Of a DNA stretch of 29,717 nucleotides, positions 9,017-18,821 are shown one piece after another. Made by a program: the position numbers and the translations under genes. The stretch spans positions 10,368-40,084 of the forward strand of contig JARRRI010000023.1 in the NCBI GenBank assembly GCA_037380845.1. Direction: 5' to 3'. The DNA comes from Candidatus Sulfobium sp. GTDB lineage: Bacteria > Nitrospirota > Thermodesulfovibrionia > Thermodesulfovibrionales > UBA6898. The notes beneath the pieces are model-generated. The model saw only the letters and a list, made by a program, of their open reading frames with translations. It was not told the DNA's origin and did no database searches. The first letter of the stretch is position 1. Each line of letters opens with the position of its first letter.

Positions 9017-9283
9017 GGGGACTTCTTCGGCAACGCCTCGTCGACCGTCTCTGGCATTCAAAGAATTTCCTTATCCTTTTGTCGTACTCTCCGTAGTCCA
9101 TATTCATCAAATTTTTCGTGTTCCGTCAGATGTCCCAACCCGTTCGTTGCCGACTGGACCTCCCTCGGAGCAAATCCCGGGAAATGCCTCATTTCGCCTG
9201 CCTTCCCCTCACAGCCCGGGGGAATGGCACAAAAATTCACAAGAAAGTTATAATTAATAAATCACAGTTGAAGGGAGACCGAT

Positions 9284-9727
9284 ATGACGGCAGTCAAAAA
9301 AGGAGATACTATTAGAATACATTATAAAGGCAAGCTTGAAGACGGGACGGTCTTCGACTCCACAGAAGGTGGGGCTTCTCTTGAGTTGACCGTCGGAAAC
9401 GGCGAGTTTCTTGCCGGGCTTGAAAACGGGGTGATGGGGATGGAAGCGGGCGAGTCGAAGACGCTTTTTATCCCGGCAGAAGAGGGTTACGGCCAGCACA
9501 AAAAGGAAAGGGTCTTTGAATATGACAGGAATAAGCTGCCTGAGGGTTTCCAGCCCGCGGTGGGGCTGCAGATGCAGATGTACCGGGCGGACGGAATGCC
9601 CGTAACGGTCACGTTGGTCGGTGTATCCGAATCGACTGTCACCATGGACTGCAATCATCCGCTTGCGGGCAAGAATCTTATTTTTGATATTACTCTTGAA
9701 GATATCGTTCGGGGGAATAATAACTGA
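9284..9727 (+). CDS. FKBP-type peptidyl-prolyl cis-trans isomerase (SlyD/SlpA-like, no His-rich tail)
   Basis: IHYKGKLEDGTVFDST, PAEEGYG, NHPLAGKNLIF. AAGGGAG SD. Confidence 0.95.
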   Translation: MTAVKKGDTIRIHYKGKLEDGTVFDSTEGGASLELTVGNGEFLAGLENGVMGMEAGESKTLFIPAEEGYGQHKKERVFEYDRNKLPEGFQPAVGLQMQMYRADGMPVTVTLVGVSESTVTMDCNHPLAGKNLIFDITLEDIVRGNNN

Positions 9728-9791
9728 ATGCAGCCCGTCCGTTCCCGAGGGTAAGTAATCCGTGCTTTCTCAAGTTGTCAAAGACGGGGCT

Positions 9792-10823
9792 GTGAAAATA
9801 CATGAAAAGATTAATCTGAAAGCCCTGTCCCGTGACGACATATTCTGTTTTGTCAAGGACCTGGGTCTTCCCCGGTACAGGGCGAACCAGCTTCTGCATT
9901 GGATGTACGACCGTTGTGTCCGTCATTTTTCCGAGATCAGCGAGTTTTCCTTCGATTTGCGGAGAACCCTGGACAACCTTGCCTGCATGGAGTCTCTCGA
10001 GCTGCTCAAAAACCTGAAGTCCGAAGACGGCACGGAAAAATTTCTCTTTTCTTTGAGCGACGGACTTGCGATCGAGAGCGTGCTTATACGGGACAAGGAC
10101 CGCCGCACCCTCTGCGTGTCGTCCCAGGCGGGTTGCGCCATGGGCTGCCGCTTCTGCCTGACCGGCACGCTCGGGCTGGCCAGAAACCTTGGTTCCCATG
10201 AGATAGTGGACCAGATAATATCTGTCAACAGGTTCATCAGGCCCGAAAAAATAACAAACATTGTCTTTATGGGCATGGGCGAGCCGCTCGCGAATTTTGA
10301 TGAAGTGGTGGAAGCCCTCTGGCGGATTGTGAACCTGGTGGGAATTTCGCGGAGGAAGGTCACCATTTCCACTGCGGGGCTGGCGAATAAGATACCTTTG
10401 TTGTCGGAAAGTGCCCCGGACATCAACCTCGCTGTTTCCCTCAACGCGGCGACGGACGGCACCCGCGATAAGATCATGCCGGTAAACAGGAGTTATCCTT
10501 TGAAATCGCTGCTTGACGCCTGCGGGCGGTATCATCTCAAACCGCGCAGGAGGATAACATTCGAATATGTCCTGATACAGGGAATCAACGACTCGCCCGA
10601 AGAGGCCCGTATGCTGGCGGACATCCTCAGGGGACTCAGGTGCAAAGTAAACCTTATTCCCCTGAACCCTCATCCAGGCAGTGATTTCGGGCGGCCATCG
10701 GACGAAAGCATCCTGAAGTTCCAGAAGATACTCGTGCAGCGCAACCTGACCGCTCTCATACGTGAAAGCAAAGGGGCGGATATACTGGCGGCCTGTGGCC
10801 AGCTGAGGGCGGAACATCAGTAA
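9792..10823 (+). CDS. rlmN: Dual-specificity 23S rRNA/tRNA m2A methyltransferase RlmN (radical SAM)
   Basis: TLCVSSQAGCAMGCRFC, VFMGMGEP, AACGQL. Start uncertain (GTG 9792 or GTG 9762). Confidence 0.96.
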   Translation: MKIHEKINLKALSRDDIFCFVKDLGLPRYRANQLLHWMYDRCVRHFSEISEFSFDLRRTLDNLACMESLELLKNLKSEDGTEKFLFSLSDGLAIESVLIRDKDRRTLCVSSQAGCAMGCRFCLTGTLGLARNLGSHEIVDQIISVNRFIRPEKITNIVFMGMGEPLANFDEVVEALWRIVNLVGISRRKVTISTAGLANKIPLLSESAPDINLAVSLNAATDGTRDKIMPVNRSYPLKSLLDACGRYHLKPRRRITFEYVLIQGINDSPEEARMLADILRGLRCKVNLIPLNPHPGSDFGRPSDESILKFQKILVQRNLTALIRESKGADILAACGQLRAEHQ

Positions 10824-10960
10824 CCGGCTGCGGGGGCCCCGCCCGGCCCCTCTTCCGCGGGAGCCCGGCATATGGCATTGATCGGCCGTGTAAATATTTA
10901 GCTTTACTTGCAGGCGGACTTCTGCTAGTTTAAGAAAGAGTTTCTGCACGACCTTTACTG

Positions 10961-11692
10961 ATGAGGAGCAGGATGGCACCGATTATATTACGAGTTACCG
11001 TCTTTTTAATGGCTCTTTCCCTTCTGGTTTCCTGCGCGTCAACGGGGACGGAGAGCCGCAAACAGGCTGATGCACACTACAAGATCGGCGTGGCCTATTT
11101 GCACCAGAACGAAATACAGCGGGCTTTTGTTGAATTCCATAAGGCATATGAGCTCAACCCGCATGATAAAGAGGTGCTGAATGCAATCGGGATAGTCTAC
11201 CTGCTGCATCTGGATGAACCGACAAAGGCGATCGAGTTCTTCGAGAAGGCGGCCGAAGAGGACCCTGACTATTCGGAGGCATATAACAACCTGGGTTACT
11301 CCTACCAGAAGCTGGGGAAATTTGAAAAAGCAATAGCTTACTACAAGAAAGCGTTATCCAATCCGCTCTACCCCACAGCAGAAAAGGCATATGCCAACAT
11401 GGGCGATTCCTATTACAGGCTCGGCAGATACGACACGGCAGTAAGGGCCTTTAAGGAGGCTCTTAAGCGGTCGCCGGATCTGGTCCCTGCTTACAAGGGT
11501 CTGGCGCTTTGCTACAATGCGATGGGTCGCTACGGAGAGGCTTCAACGGCGATTACGCAGGCGATAAGGCTGGATCCAAAATACAAAGGAAACCGGGACG
11601 AGGCAATCCGGGATCTTAAAGCGAAAAGGCTGGGTGCCTCCGGTTACGATGAGCAGGACATCAGAGATTATCTGGAAATCCTCAAGTATTAA
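10961..11692 (+). CDS. TPR-repeat lipoprotein, PilW/PilF/Tgl-like
   Basis: Lipobox LVSC, tandem TPRs, ALSNPLYPT motif. The position downstream of rlmN is the known synteny for pilotin-type TPR lipoproteins. Confidence 0.88.
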   Translation: MRSRMAPIILRVTVFLMALSLLVSCASTGTESRKQADAHYKIGVAYLHQNEIQRAFVEFHKAYELNPHDKEVLNAIGIVYLLHLDEPTKAIEFFEKAAEEDPDYSEAYNNLGYSYQKLGKFEKAIAYYKKALSNPLYPTAEKAYANMGDSYYRLGRYDTAVRAFKEALKRSPDLVPAYKGLALCYNAMGRYGEASTAITQAIRLDPKYKGNRDEAIRDLKAKRLGASGYDEQDIRDYLEILKY

Positions 11693-11919
11693 GCTGTTTT
11701 CGCCGCCCCGGTCAAATTCCATCGCCTCAAAGGGATTTGCGAGATACTCTCTATCCGCCGGAACTTGTTACTTCGGCAATTAAATATCTTAAAGTGTCTT
11801 TCCGCGGCCGGACCGGGGTGCCCATACACCGGATGCTCCGCTCAAATCGGAGCATGACATGTTTCACTTGTATCTGCCGGAGTAATAGAGATTATTTTTT
11901 GTTTCCCCAACTTCCCTTA

Positions 11920-11948
11920 TTGACATGCCCCCGATTCGGCGATAATAT
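11920..11948 (+). promoter_or_regulatory. Sigma70-type promoter for the OmpA-family gene
   Basis: TTGACA (11920-11925), 17-bp spacer, TAATAT (11943-11948). AGGAGG SD downstream. Confidence 0.5.
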
Positions 11949-11974
11949 TTAGCAAAAACCTCCAGGAGGGGACC

Positions 11975-12934
11975 ATGAAAAAGATTCTTTTTTTGATACT
12001 TTTATCTCTGGCTGTCGTTTTAGTGCCCATCATGTCAACCGCGGAAATCAGGGAAGGCAGTGTTGAAATCAATCCCTTCGCCGGCTATTATTTTCCTTCG
12101 ACTGAAGCGCGGGACCATGGGCTCTACGGTCTCCGCATCGGATATAACCTGACGAAAAACTGGGGTGTTGAGGGCGCCTTCGACCACTTTGTAGCCCGGG
12201 CTGAAATGTACCACGCTGACGTCCTTTACCATTTCACCCCAAAGACAAATTTTAACCCCTTTATCGTGGGCGGCATCGGCAACGCCTTCATACGTGAGGA
12301 TACGCATAATGCCTTCATGGGAGACATAGGGCTCGGGTTCAAGTACTTCCTTTCCGATACAGTGGGGCTCCGCTTCGATGCCCGGGGAGCGTTCACTGAT
12401 TTCTCCAGTCTGGTCACGACAGCGGGCATCACATTCCAGCTCGGAGGGAAAGTTCCCAAGGCCGCTCCTGTTCCGCCGATGCCTGCTCCGACGCCTCCGC
12501 CCGCGCCTTCTCCCACGCCCCTGCCCACTCCAATGCCGATGGCGACCCCGCCACCCGCGGCCACCCCTGCGCCGGTCAAGGTAATCCTTGAAGACATCCA
12601 CTTCGAATTCGACAAGGCCACCCTCACCAAAGCCGCGGAAAAAATCCTCGACGACAATATCCGGATGATCAGGGAAAACCCCGGCATCGAGGTCCAGATT
12701 GAAGGACATGCATGCGCACACGGACCAGACGATTACAACATGGCCCTCAGTGAAAGAAGGGCCAACGCAGTAAAGGAATATCTGATAAAGGGCGGAATCC
12801 AGGCGGACAGACTGACAACGATAGCTTATGGGGAGACAAGACTCGCCATGCCCGAGATCCCTACTCCTTACAATAAGGAATCCATAGAAGCGAAGACCAA
12901 CAGGAGGGTGCATTTCGAAGTTATTGTAAGGTAA
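11975..12934 (+). CDS. OmpA-family outer membrane protein (beta-barrel, Pro-rich linker, peptidoglycan-binding domain)
   Basis: Signal peptide, amphipathic beta strands, PAPTPPPAPSPTP linker, IHFEFDKA, YNMALSERRANAVK and NRRVHF. Confidence 0.95.
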   Translation: MKKILFLILLSLAVVLVPIMSTAEIREGSVEINPFAGYYFPSTEARDHGLYGLRIGYNLTKNWGVEGAFDHFVARAEMYHADVLYHFTPKTNFNPFIVGGIGNAFIREDTHNAFMGDIGLGFKYFLSDTVGLRFDARGAFTDFSSLVTTAGITFQLGGKVPKAAPVPPMPAPTPPPAPSPTPLPTPMPMATPPPAATPAPVKVILEDIHFEFDKATLTKAAEKILDDNIRMIRENPGIEVQIEGHACAHGPDDYNMALSERRANAVKEYLIKGGIQADRLTTIAYGETRLAMPEIPTPYNKESIEAKTNRRVHFEVIVR

Positions 12935-12945
12935 GAGAATGAACC

Positions 12946-12975
12946 GGAAACGCCGGCTTCGGGGCCGGCGTTTCC
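12946..12975 (+). terminator. Strong hairpin after the OmpA-family gene, probable terminator
   Basis: ggaaacgccggc / gccggcgtttcc perfect 12-bp stem, 11 nt after the stop. Weak U-tract. Confidence 0.65.
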
Positions 12976-12994
12976 ACTTCTTATCCCATCGGAA

Positions 12995-13260
12995 TCAGGG
13001 GTCCCGCAACTTCGTAGACCCGGGGATATCCCCGAGAGCTGCAGTGATAATCGTTGAGCTCCTGACGTGATCAGTTGTGGCCGGTCCTTTAGATGCTTCA
13101 GCATTGCTGATGGCAGCTACGGATGTGTCTGAGGAAGTCCATGTTACCAGAGTTGTTATATCCTGCGTCGAATTGTCCGCAGGTCCTGTGTGGCAAAAGA
13201 TCCCTTTTTCCGGCCAAAATGGCTGATTGCCGGAAAAACTCGTTGCCGCTTTAATGTCGT
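12995..13260 (-). pseudogene. Eroded bacterial Ig-like (Big_2, Lig-type) domain remnant
   Basis: Minus strand reads GPADNSTQDITTLVTWTSSDTSVAAISNAEASKGPATT...TIITAALGDIPGSTKL. There is an apparent frameshift near 13190 and no credible start. Confidence 0.7.
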
Positions 13261-13287
13261 TCGGTATAATTCGGGTATAATGTACGT

Positions 13288-15054
13288 GTGAGAAAATTTC
13301 TCCTGAATACCGGAGCCGCCGCTTTCATGCTTCTGATTTTCGTTTCCTGTTCTACAACAGAGAAGACGGTTCCTCCCGTAGCGGAAACTCTCCCCCCGGC
13401 CGGGATTTCCGAACCGGTCAAACCGCCGCCTGTTGAATATAAAACCCTGATCCGCTGCAGGGAAGATACCAGAATGACTTTTAACAGCTGCGGGATCAGG
13501 GCTCTCCCTTTCATCCGGCCTTCCTTTTATGACATTGACGGCGACGGCCGGCAGGAACTGATCGCCGGCAGCAAGGACGGCTCCCTGCGCCTTTACAGGA
13601 AGGCCGCCGGAACAACCGGCTGGACGCCGGTGCCCCATTATTTTGACGGCATACGGGCGGGCGCCTTTTCCGCACCCGCCGCCGGCGACATTGACGGCGA
13701 CGGCAAGCCGGAGATCCTGCTGGGAACGGGCGGGTTTTCCTCTGATTCCGGGCGGGTCGTGGCATACAGGAATTCAGGTACTCCCGACCAGCCTTTATGG
13801 CAAAAGGCGCCGATGAGAAAAATAAAGGTCGGCAATGACGCCACGCCTGCGCTTGCTGATGTGGACGGCGATGACTTGCCCGACCTTATTGTAGGCAATT
13901 CGAGCGGTCGCCTTTTTCTCTTCAGAAACAGGAGCATGCCTGGAAGCATCTCATTCGTCAGGGACAGATCATGCTTCAGGAACGTACATCTGGGGATGTA
14001 CGCCGCACCTGCTGTCACAGTCTCGGGCGGAAATGTTCTGGTAATTGCCGGAAACAGTATGGGCAGGCTCTACATGCTCGCAAAACATCGGGACAAGAGG
14101 TGCTCGTGGCGAAAAGCGGCACTCAGTGTCAGTCTGAGCAGTTTTGCCGCTCCCTCATTTGTAAAAAACGGGGATCATGAGGAACGGGACCTGGTAGTTT
14201 CGGACGGAGACGGCGAGTTGCACTATTACAGGAATATCAAAAACTACCGGAAATGGGAGGAAATTTCCTCCCCTTTCTCCGGCAGGATCCTGCCGGGACC
14301 TGCCTGCGCACCGGCTGTATCCTCAGTCGACGGCAGGCGCGTCATGGTCGTCGGAAACATCTATGGCAAACTGAAACTCTATGAAGCCGCCGGTACCTCC
14401 GGAAACCTGCCATGGGCGGAGAGGTCCGATTTTTTTGAGGGACTGAAACTTCACGGTTTTTCCAGAGGCGTTCTTACTGTCTGGGAAGGGGACGACCTTT
14501 TGATCACCGGGGAGCAGGACGGTGTGTTGAGGGCCTTTCTCAATGCCGGCAGCTTTGACAACCCAGTGTGGGTGGAGAAGAAAAAATTCTTTGAATCCCT
14601 GCCCAGGATGGAGCACGCTGCTCCGGCAGTTTTCGACATCGACGGTGACGGAAAACCGGAACTCATAGTAGGCAGTGCGGACGGCCGGGTCAGGGCGTTC
14701 AGATATAAGACAGGGGAAAACGGTATGCCACGATGGAGCGAGATAGGAGGAATTTTCGATCAAGTCAGGGTCGACCGCTTCGCGACGCCGACGCTCTATA
14801 AGGATTCCGACAGGTTGTGGCTCCTTGCGGGGGAACAAGACGGAAAAATAATTACTTATGTCGCCGGGCGCGACCGGAAGGGCCCTGAGGCTTTCCGGAA
14901 AAACGGCGTTCTGGACGGCATCCGCGTGAAGAATCACAGTTCGCCCTCGGCAAGGATGAAGGACGGACGGATAAGCCTGTCGGTCGGAGATTACGACGGC
15001 AACCTCTCCCACTTCGCCTGCAGGGAGGAAAGGATCCGGGTCGTAAAGCGGTAA
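13288..15054 (+). CDS. FG-GAP/VCBS repeat lipoprotein (beta-propeller)
   Basis: Lipobox FVSC. Repeated P.F.DIDGDG..ELI.G..DG motifs (DxDGDG calcium-binding loops). Confidence 0.9.
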   Translation: MRKFLLNTGAAAFMLLIFVSCSTTEKTVPPVAETLPPAGISEPVKPPPVEYKTLIRCREDTRMTFNSCGIRALPFIRPSFYDIDGDGRQELIAGSKDGSLRLYRKAAGTTGWTPVPHYFDGIRAGAFSAPAAGDIDGDGKPEILLGTGGFSSDSGRVVAYRNSGTPDQPLWQKAPMRKIKVGNDATPALADVDGDDLPDLIVGNSSGRLFLFRNRSMPGSISFVRDRSCFRNVHLGMYAAPAVTVSGGNVLVIAGNSMGRLYMLAKHRDKRCSWRKAALSVSLSSFAAPSFVKNGDHEERDLVVSDGDGELHYYRNIKNYRKWEEISSPFSGRILPGPACAPAVSSVDGRRVMVVGNIYGKLKLYEAAGTSGNLPWAERSDFFEGLKLHGFSRGVLTVWEGDDLLITGEQDGVLRAFLNAGSFDNPVWVEKKKFFESLPRMEHAAPAVFDIDGDGKPELIVGSADGRVRAFRYKTGENGMPRWSEIGGIFDQVRVDRFATPTLYKDSDRLWLLAGEQDGKIITYVAGRDRKGPEAFRKNGVLDGIRVKNHSSPSARMKDGRISLSVGDYDGNLSHFACREERIRVVKR

Positions 15055-15102
15055 GTACGACTTATAGAATAACAGGCCTTCATTATATCTTCACCGCACC
15101 GA

Positions 15103-15111
15103 TGTTATAAT
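15103..15111 (+). promoter_or_regulatory. Extended -10 promoter for the glutaredoxin-copA operon (probably leaderless)
   Basis: TGtTATAAT ends 7 nt before ATG 15119. No SD. Confidence 0.55.
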
Positions 15112-15118
15112 AATTTTC

Positions 15119-15385
15119 ATGGAATACCCGGAGGTAACAGTCTTTACGGCACCAAACTGAAACGACTGTGCGGCACTGAAAGAGTTTCTTTCGGCAAAGG
15201 GGATCCCTTTCACAAATAAAGACGTCGCCGCCGACAAGGCCGCACGCGAGGAGCTGGCGGAAAAACATGGAAGGCTGGCAACCCCCACACTGATAATCGG
15301 GGACAGGTTGTTCCTCGGGTTTCGCCAGAACAGGGATGAAATAGAAAAGACATTGAAAGAAATCAGCAGGGATAAGAATGGCTGA
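15119..15385 (+). CDS. Glutaredoxin/NrdH-redoxin-like selenoprotein (UxxC), 88 aa
   Basis: [13 protein letters not shown][TGA 15158-15160][74 protein letters not shown]. This is a complete Grx fold with the TP cis-Pro motif, and the TGA is exactly at the first Cys of CxxC. Confidence 0.88.
15176..15194 (+). promoter_or_regulatory. Candidate bacterial SECIS hairpin
   Basis: Stem ctgaaag/ctttcgg with loop AGUUU starting 23 nt after the in-frame UGA. G at loop position 2 is followed by U. Confidence 0.6.
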
Positions 15386-17846
15386 GGATACTCTTACGGA
15401 TGAAAAAAGGATAGACCTGCCCGTTACAGGGATGTCTTGCGCTTCCTGCGCTGCACATATCCAGGAAAGTCTCTCCTCTCTTGAGGGGGTCGGCAGCGCC
15501 TCGGTAAACTTCGCGGCCGAGAGGGCAAGTGTCCGTTATGACAATTCCCTTGCGTCTGTCGATGACTTCATAAAGGTCGTCAGGGACCTCGGATACGGCG
15601 TCTCGGTATCGAAGATGACGCTGCCCATAAAGGGCATGTCATGTGCCTCCTGTGTCGCCAACGTCCAGGAAGCTCTGAGTTCCATGGACGGAGTAATCTC
15701 GGCGTCTGTCAATTTTGCCACTGAGAAGGCGACCGTCGAATATTTTCCATCCCAGGTTGGGATACGGGATTTCAGAAAGGCGGTAAAGGACGCCGGCTAC
15801 GAGGTTGTCGAAGTTGAGAAGGGTGAAGACATAGTAGAAAAGGAGCAGAGAGAAAGAGAGGCTGCATACAGAAAATTGAGAACAAAGGTGATAGCGGGCG
15901 TATTCCTCATGGTGCCCGTTTTCGTCCTTATGCACTGGGACAACCTCGGCCTGTCGCGAATTCTGGCGATGCCCAGACAAATGAATTTTATCCTCCAGCT
16001 TCTCATAGAGACGCCGGTTCAGTTCTGGATAGGCTGGCAGTTTTATACCGGCGCCATCGCGGCGGCCCGTCACAAAACCACGAATATGAATACTCTAATA
16101 GCCGTAGGTACCTCATCGGCTTATATTTACAGCGTCGCAGCTATCTTCTTTCCTTCCCTCTTCGCAATAAGCGGCTACTCGGCCGAAGTTTACTTCGACA
16201 CTGCAGGAACGATTGTCGTGCTGATCCTTCTCGGCCGGCTTTTTGAAGCAAGGGCCAGGGGGCAGACATCCGAGGCGATAAAGAAACTCATCGGCATGCA
16301 GGCCAAGACCGCCAGGGTGATAAGAAACGGGACTGAAGTCGACGTCCAGATCGAAGAGGTGGATATAGGGGAAGTGATCCTCGTGAGGCCGGGGGAAAAG
16401 GTACCGGTAGACGGTGTAATAAAGGAAGGATATTCTTCGATCGACGAATCGATGGTCACCGGGGAGTCCATCCCCGTTGAGAAAAAAGTGGGAGATCCGG
16501 TAATAGGGGCCACTATCAACAAAACTGGATCGTTCAAATTTGAAGCCACCAAGGTGGGCAGGGACACGATGCTCGCGCAAATCATCGACATGGTGCAGTC
16601 CGCACAGGGCACTAAACCCCCGATTGCCAGACTTGCAGACGTCATAGCGTCCTATTTCGTGCCTGCTGTCATCGGAGTGGCTGCCGTTACTTTTGTTATC
16701 TGGTATTTCTTCGGCCCGGCGCCGGCGTTCACTTACGCCGTCCTCAATTTCATCGCGGTGCTGATTATCGCCTGTCCCTGCGCCCTCGGCCTCGCGACGC
16801 CGACTTCGATCATGGTGGGCACCGGCAAAGGAGCGGAAAACGGCGTGCTTATAAGAAGCGGGGTGTCTCTCGAAACCGCTCACAAAATAGATACTGTCGT
16901 ATTCGACAAAACCGGCACCCTGACCAAGGGAACCCCCGAAGTCACCGACGTTATCTCCGGGGGACTGTCCGAAAAAGAGGTCCTGTTTTATGCCGCCTCG
17001 GCAGAGAAGGGATCCGAGCATCCGCTCGGCGATGCCATACTCAGGAAGGCGAAGGACGACGATATTGTCACCAAAGGCGCTGAACACTTCATTGCAATTC
17101 CAGGCCACGGGATCAGGGCAAGGATCGAGGAGAGGAACATTCTGGTGGGCAACGAGCGGTTCCTCACCGACGAAGGGGTCCACATGGAAAATCTGAAAGA
17201 GGCGGCGGCAAGGCTCTCCCTTCAGGGCAAAACCCCCATATTCCTGAGCGTCGATAACAACGCCGCCGGGATCATCGCCGTCGCCGATACGCTCAAGGAA
17301 GATTCTGTCGCCGCGGTAAAGGCCCTCCACGATCTGGGCATTGAGGTTGTGATGATAACCGGGGACAATAAACGCACAGGTGAAGCGATAGCGCAGCAGG
17401 CCGGCATAGACAGGGTGCTTGCGGAGGTGCTTCCTGAAGACAAGGCGAAGGAAGTCCGGAAACTCCAGGCAGAATCAAAAGTGGTCGCAATGGTCGGCGA
17501 TGGAATAAACGACGCACCCGCGCTTGCCCAGGCTGATGTCGGTATTGCTATCGGCACGGGCACCGACGTTGCCATGGAGGCGTCCGACATCACGCTCATC
17601 GGGGGCAATATAAGGGGAGTTGTCACTGCAATAGCGCTTTCCAAGGCTACACTGAGGAACATTAAGCAGAACCTCTTCTGGGCCTTCGCTTACAACGTGA
17701 TTCTCATACCGGTTGCAGCGGGGGTCCTTTTCCCGTTTTTCGGCATATTGCTCAATCCCATGTTTGCGGCTGCGGCGATGGGGATGTCCTCTGTTACGGT
17801 GGTCACAAATGCACTTAGACTCAGACGGTTTCAGCCGGCCGTCTGA
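15378..17846 (+). CDS. copA: Cu(I)-translocating P1B-1 ATPase with two N-terminal HMA domains
   Basis: 2x [41 protein letters not shown] in TM7 and MGMSS in TM8. Confidence 0.97.
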   Translation: MAEDTLTDEKRIDLPVTGMSCASCAAHIQESLSSLEGVGSASVNFAAERASVRYDNSLASVDDFIKVVRDLGYGVSVSKMTLPIKGMSCASCVANVQEALSSMDGVISASVNFATEKATVEYFPSQVGIRDFRKAVKDAGYEVVEVEKGEDIVEKEQREREAAYRKLRTKVIAGVFLMVPVFVLMHWDNLGLSRILAMPRQMNFILQLLIETPVQFWIGWQFYTGAIAAARHKTTNMNTLIAVGTSSAYIYSVAAIFFPSLFAISGYSAEVYFDTAGTIVVLILLGRLFEARARGQTSEAIKKLIGMQAKTARVIRNGTEVDVQIEEVDIGEVILVRPGEKVPVDGVIKEGYSSIDESMVTGESIPVEKKVGDPVIGATINKTGSFKFEATKVGRDTMLAQIIDMVQSAQGTKPPIARLADVIASYFVPAVIGVAAVTFVIWYFFGPAPAFTYAVLNFIAVLIIACPCALGLATPTSIMVGTGKGAENGVLIRSGVSLETAHKIDTVVFDKTGTLTKGTPEVTDVISGGLSEKEVLFYAASAEKGSEHPLGDAILRKAKDDDIVTKGAEHFIAIPGHGIRARIEERNILVGNERFLTDEGVHMENLKEAAARLSLQGKTPIFLSVDNNAAGIIAVADTLKEDSVAAVKALHDLGIEVVMITGDNKRTGEAIAQQAGIDRVLAEVLPEDKAKEVRKLQAESKVVAMVGDGINDAPALAQADVGIAIGTGTDVAMEASDITLIGGNIRGVVTAIALSKATLRNIKQNLFWAFAYNVILIPVAAGVLFPFFGILLNPMFAAAAMGMSSVTVVTNALRLRRFQPAV

Positions 17847-17998
17847 CATCCGGGACCGGCAACCCATTTGAATATGGAATCCACTTGGCGGGGCGGCAGG
17901 ACAAGATGCTTATTTCCCTGAAAACACTGGAAGCTTCGGTCTCCCGTGTGTAGAATAATCGTTACCGGAAAAAGCGATAAAACGGAGGGGCAGACACC

Positions 17999-18622
17999 TT
18001 GAAGAAAGAAGATCCGATGAAATTGAAAATAGGGGTGATGGGCGATGCCGGGGGAGATATTCCTGCGGAGCACAGGGAGGTCGCATTCAATGTAGGCCGT
18101 GCAATCGCCGAATCGGGCTGCATAACCGTCACCGGGGCCTGCCCGGGGCTGCCCCTCGAAGCGGCACGCGGCGCCGGCCTCGCGGGCGGAATGGTGGTTG
18201 GAATATCTCCAGGCCTCAGCCTCTGGGAGCATGTACACAAATACAATTCTCCCACAGAGCATCACGATGTGCTGATATTCACCGGCAGCGGCCTCATGGG
18301 CCGGGAAATCGTCAATATACGTTCCTCCGATATCGTGGTTATCATAGGCGGCCGTTCGGGTACCCTCGGGGAGTTCGCCATTGCTTACGATGAAGGCAAG
18401 TTGATCGGCGTGGTACTGGGCACGGGGGGAATCACCGCTGAAATCAAGAGCATCGTGAAAGTAATCAACAAAAAGACGGGAGCACGGATTTTCTATGATG
18501 ACCGGCCGGACAGACTCATCAGGAAACTCCTGGAGTTTTACAGAAAGGAACACTACAAACACCCTTCGTCCTTCCATGTACGAGAAGCGGAGCCTCTTTT
18601 CACCGACAATAACACACCATGA
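17999..18622 (+). CDS. LOG/SLOG-family Rossmann-fold nucleotide-binding protein
   Basis: KIGVMG, TVTGACPG, VVGISP, IIGGRSGTLGEFAIAYDEGK. GGAGG SD before TTG (ATG 18017 is an alternative start). Confidence 0.88.
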   Translation: MKKEDPMKLKIGVMGDAGGDIPAEHREVAFNVGRAIAESGCITVTGACPGLPLEAARGAGLAGGMVVGISPGLSLWEHVHKYNSPTEHHDVLIFTGSGLMGREIVNIRSSDIVVIIGGRSGTLGEFAIAYDEGKLIGVVLGTGGITAEIKSIVKVINKKTGARIFYDDRPDRLIRKLLEFYRKEHYKHPSSFHVREAEPLFTDNNTP

Positions 18623-18821
18623 AATTCCCGGCTTTAACGGGACATTTGACCAGGAAGTGAAAGACAAAAATTAAACAGGCTCGCTTCTGTGACTTCCCTG
18701 TCTTCTGTGGCAACCCACCGCTCAGGATGACACCGGCCTCCGCAGCAATGATCCCGCATGATATCAGTATTGTGATACAATTAAACCATCAGATACCCGT
18801 GGGGAGAAACGCATTTCGGAT

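Noticed and set aside
9225..9240. Sigma54-like TGGCAC-N5-TTCAC before the PPIase gene
   Set aside because: The -12 GC is missing, and a TATAAT nearby explains the promoter more simply.
11812..11856. TPP riboswitch-like start (ggggtgc) and hairpin
   Set aside because: No CUGAGA or downstream TPP core motifs.
15083..15288. Minus-strand ORFs 15083..15268 and 15091..15288
   Set aside because: Shadows of the plus-strand glutaredoxin selenoprotein frame.
9690..17867. Long minus-strand ORFs opposite rlmN, the OmpA gene, the FG-GAP gene and copA (e.g. 9690..10979, 12035..12913, 16113..17330)
   Set aside because: They overlap well-supported genes on the other strand and show no family motifs.
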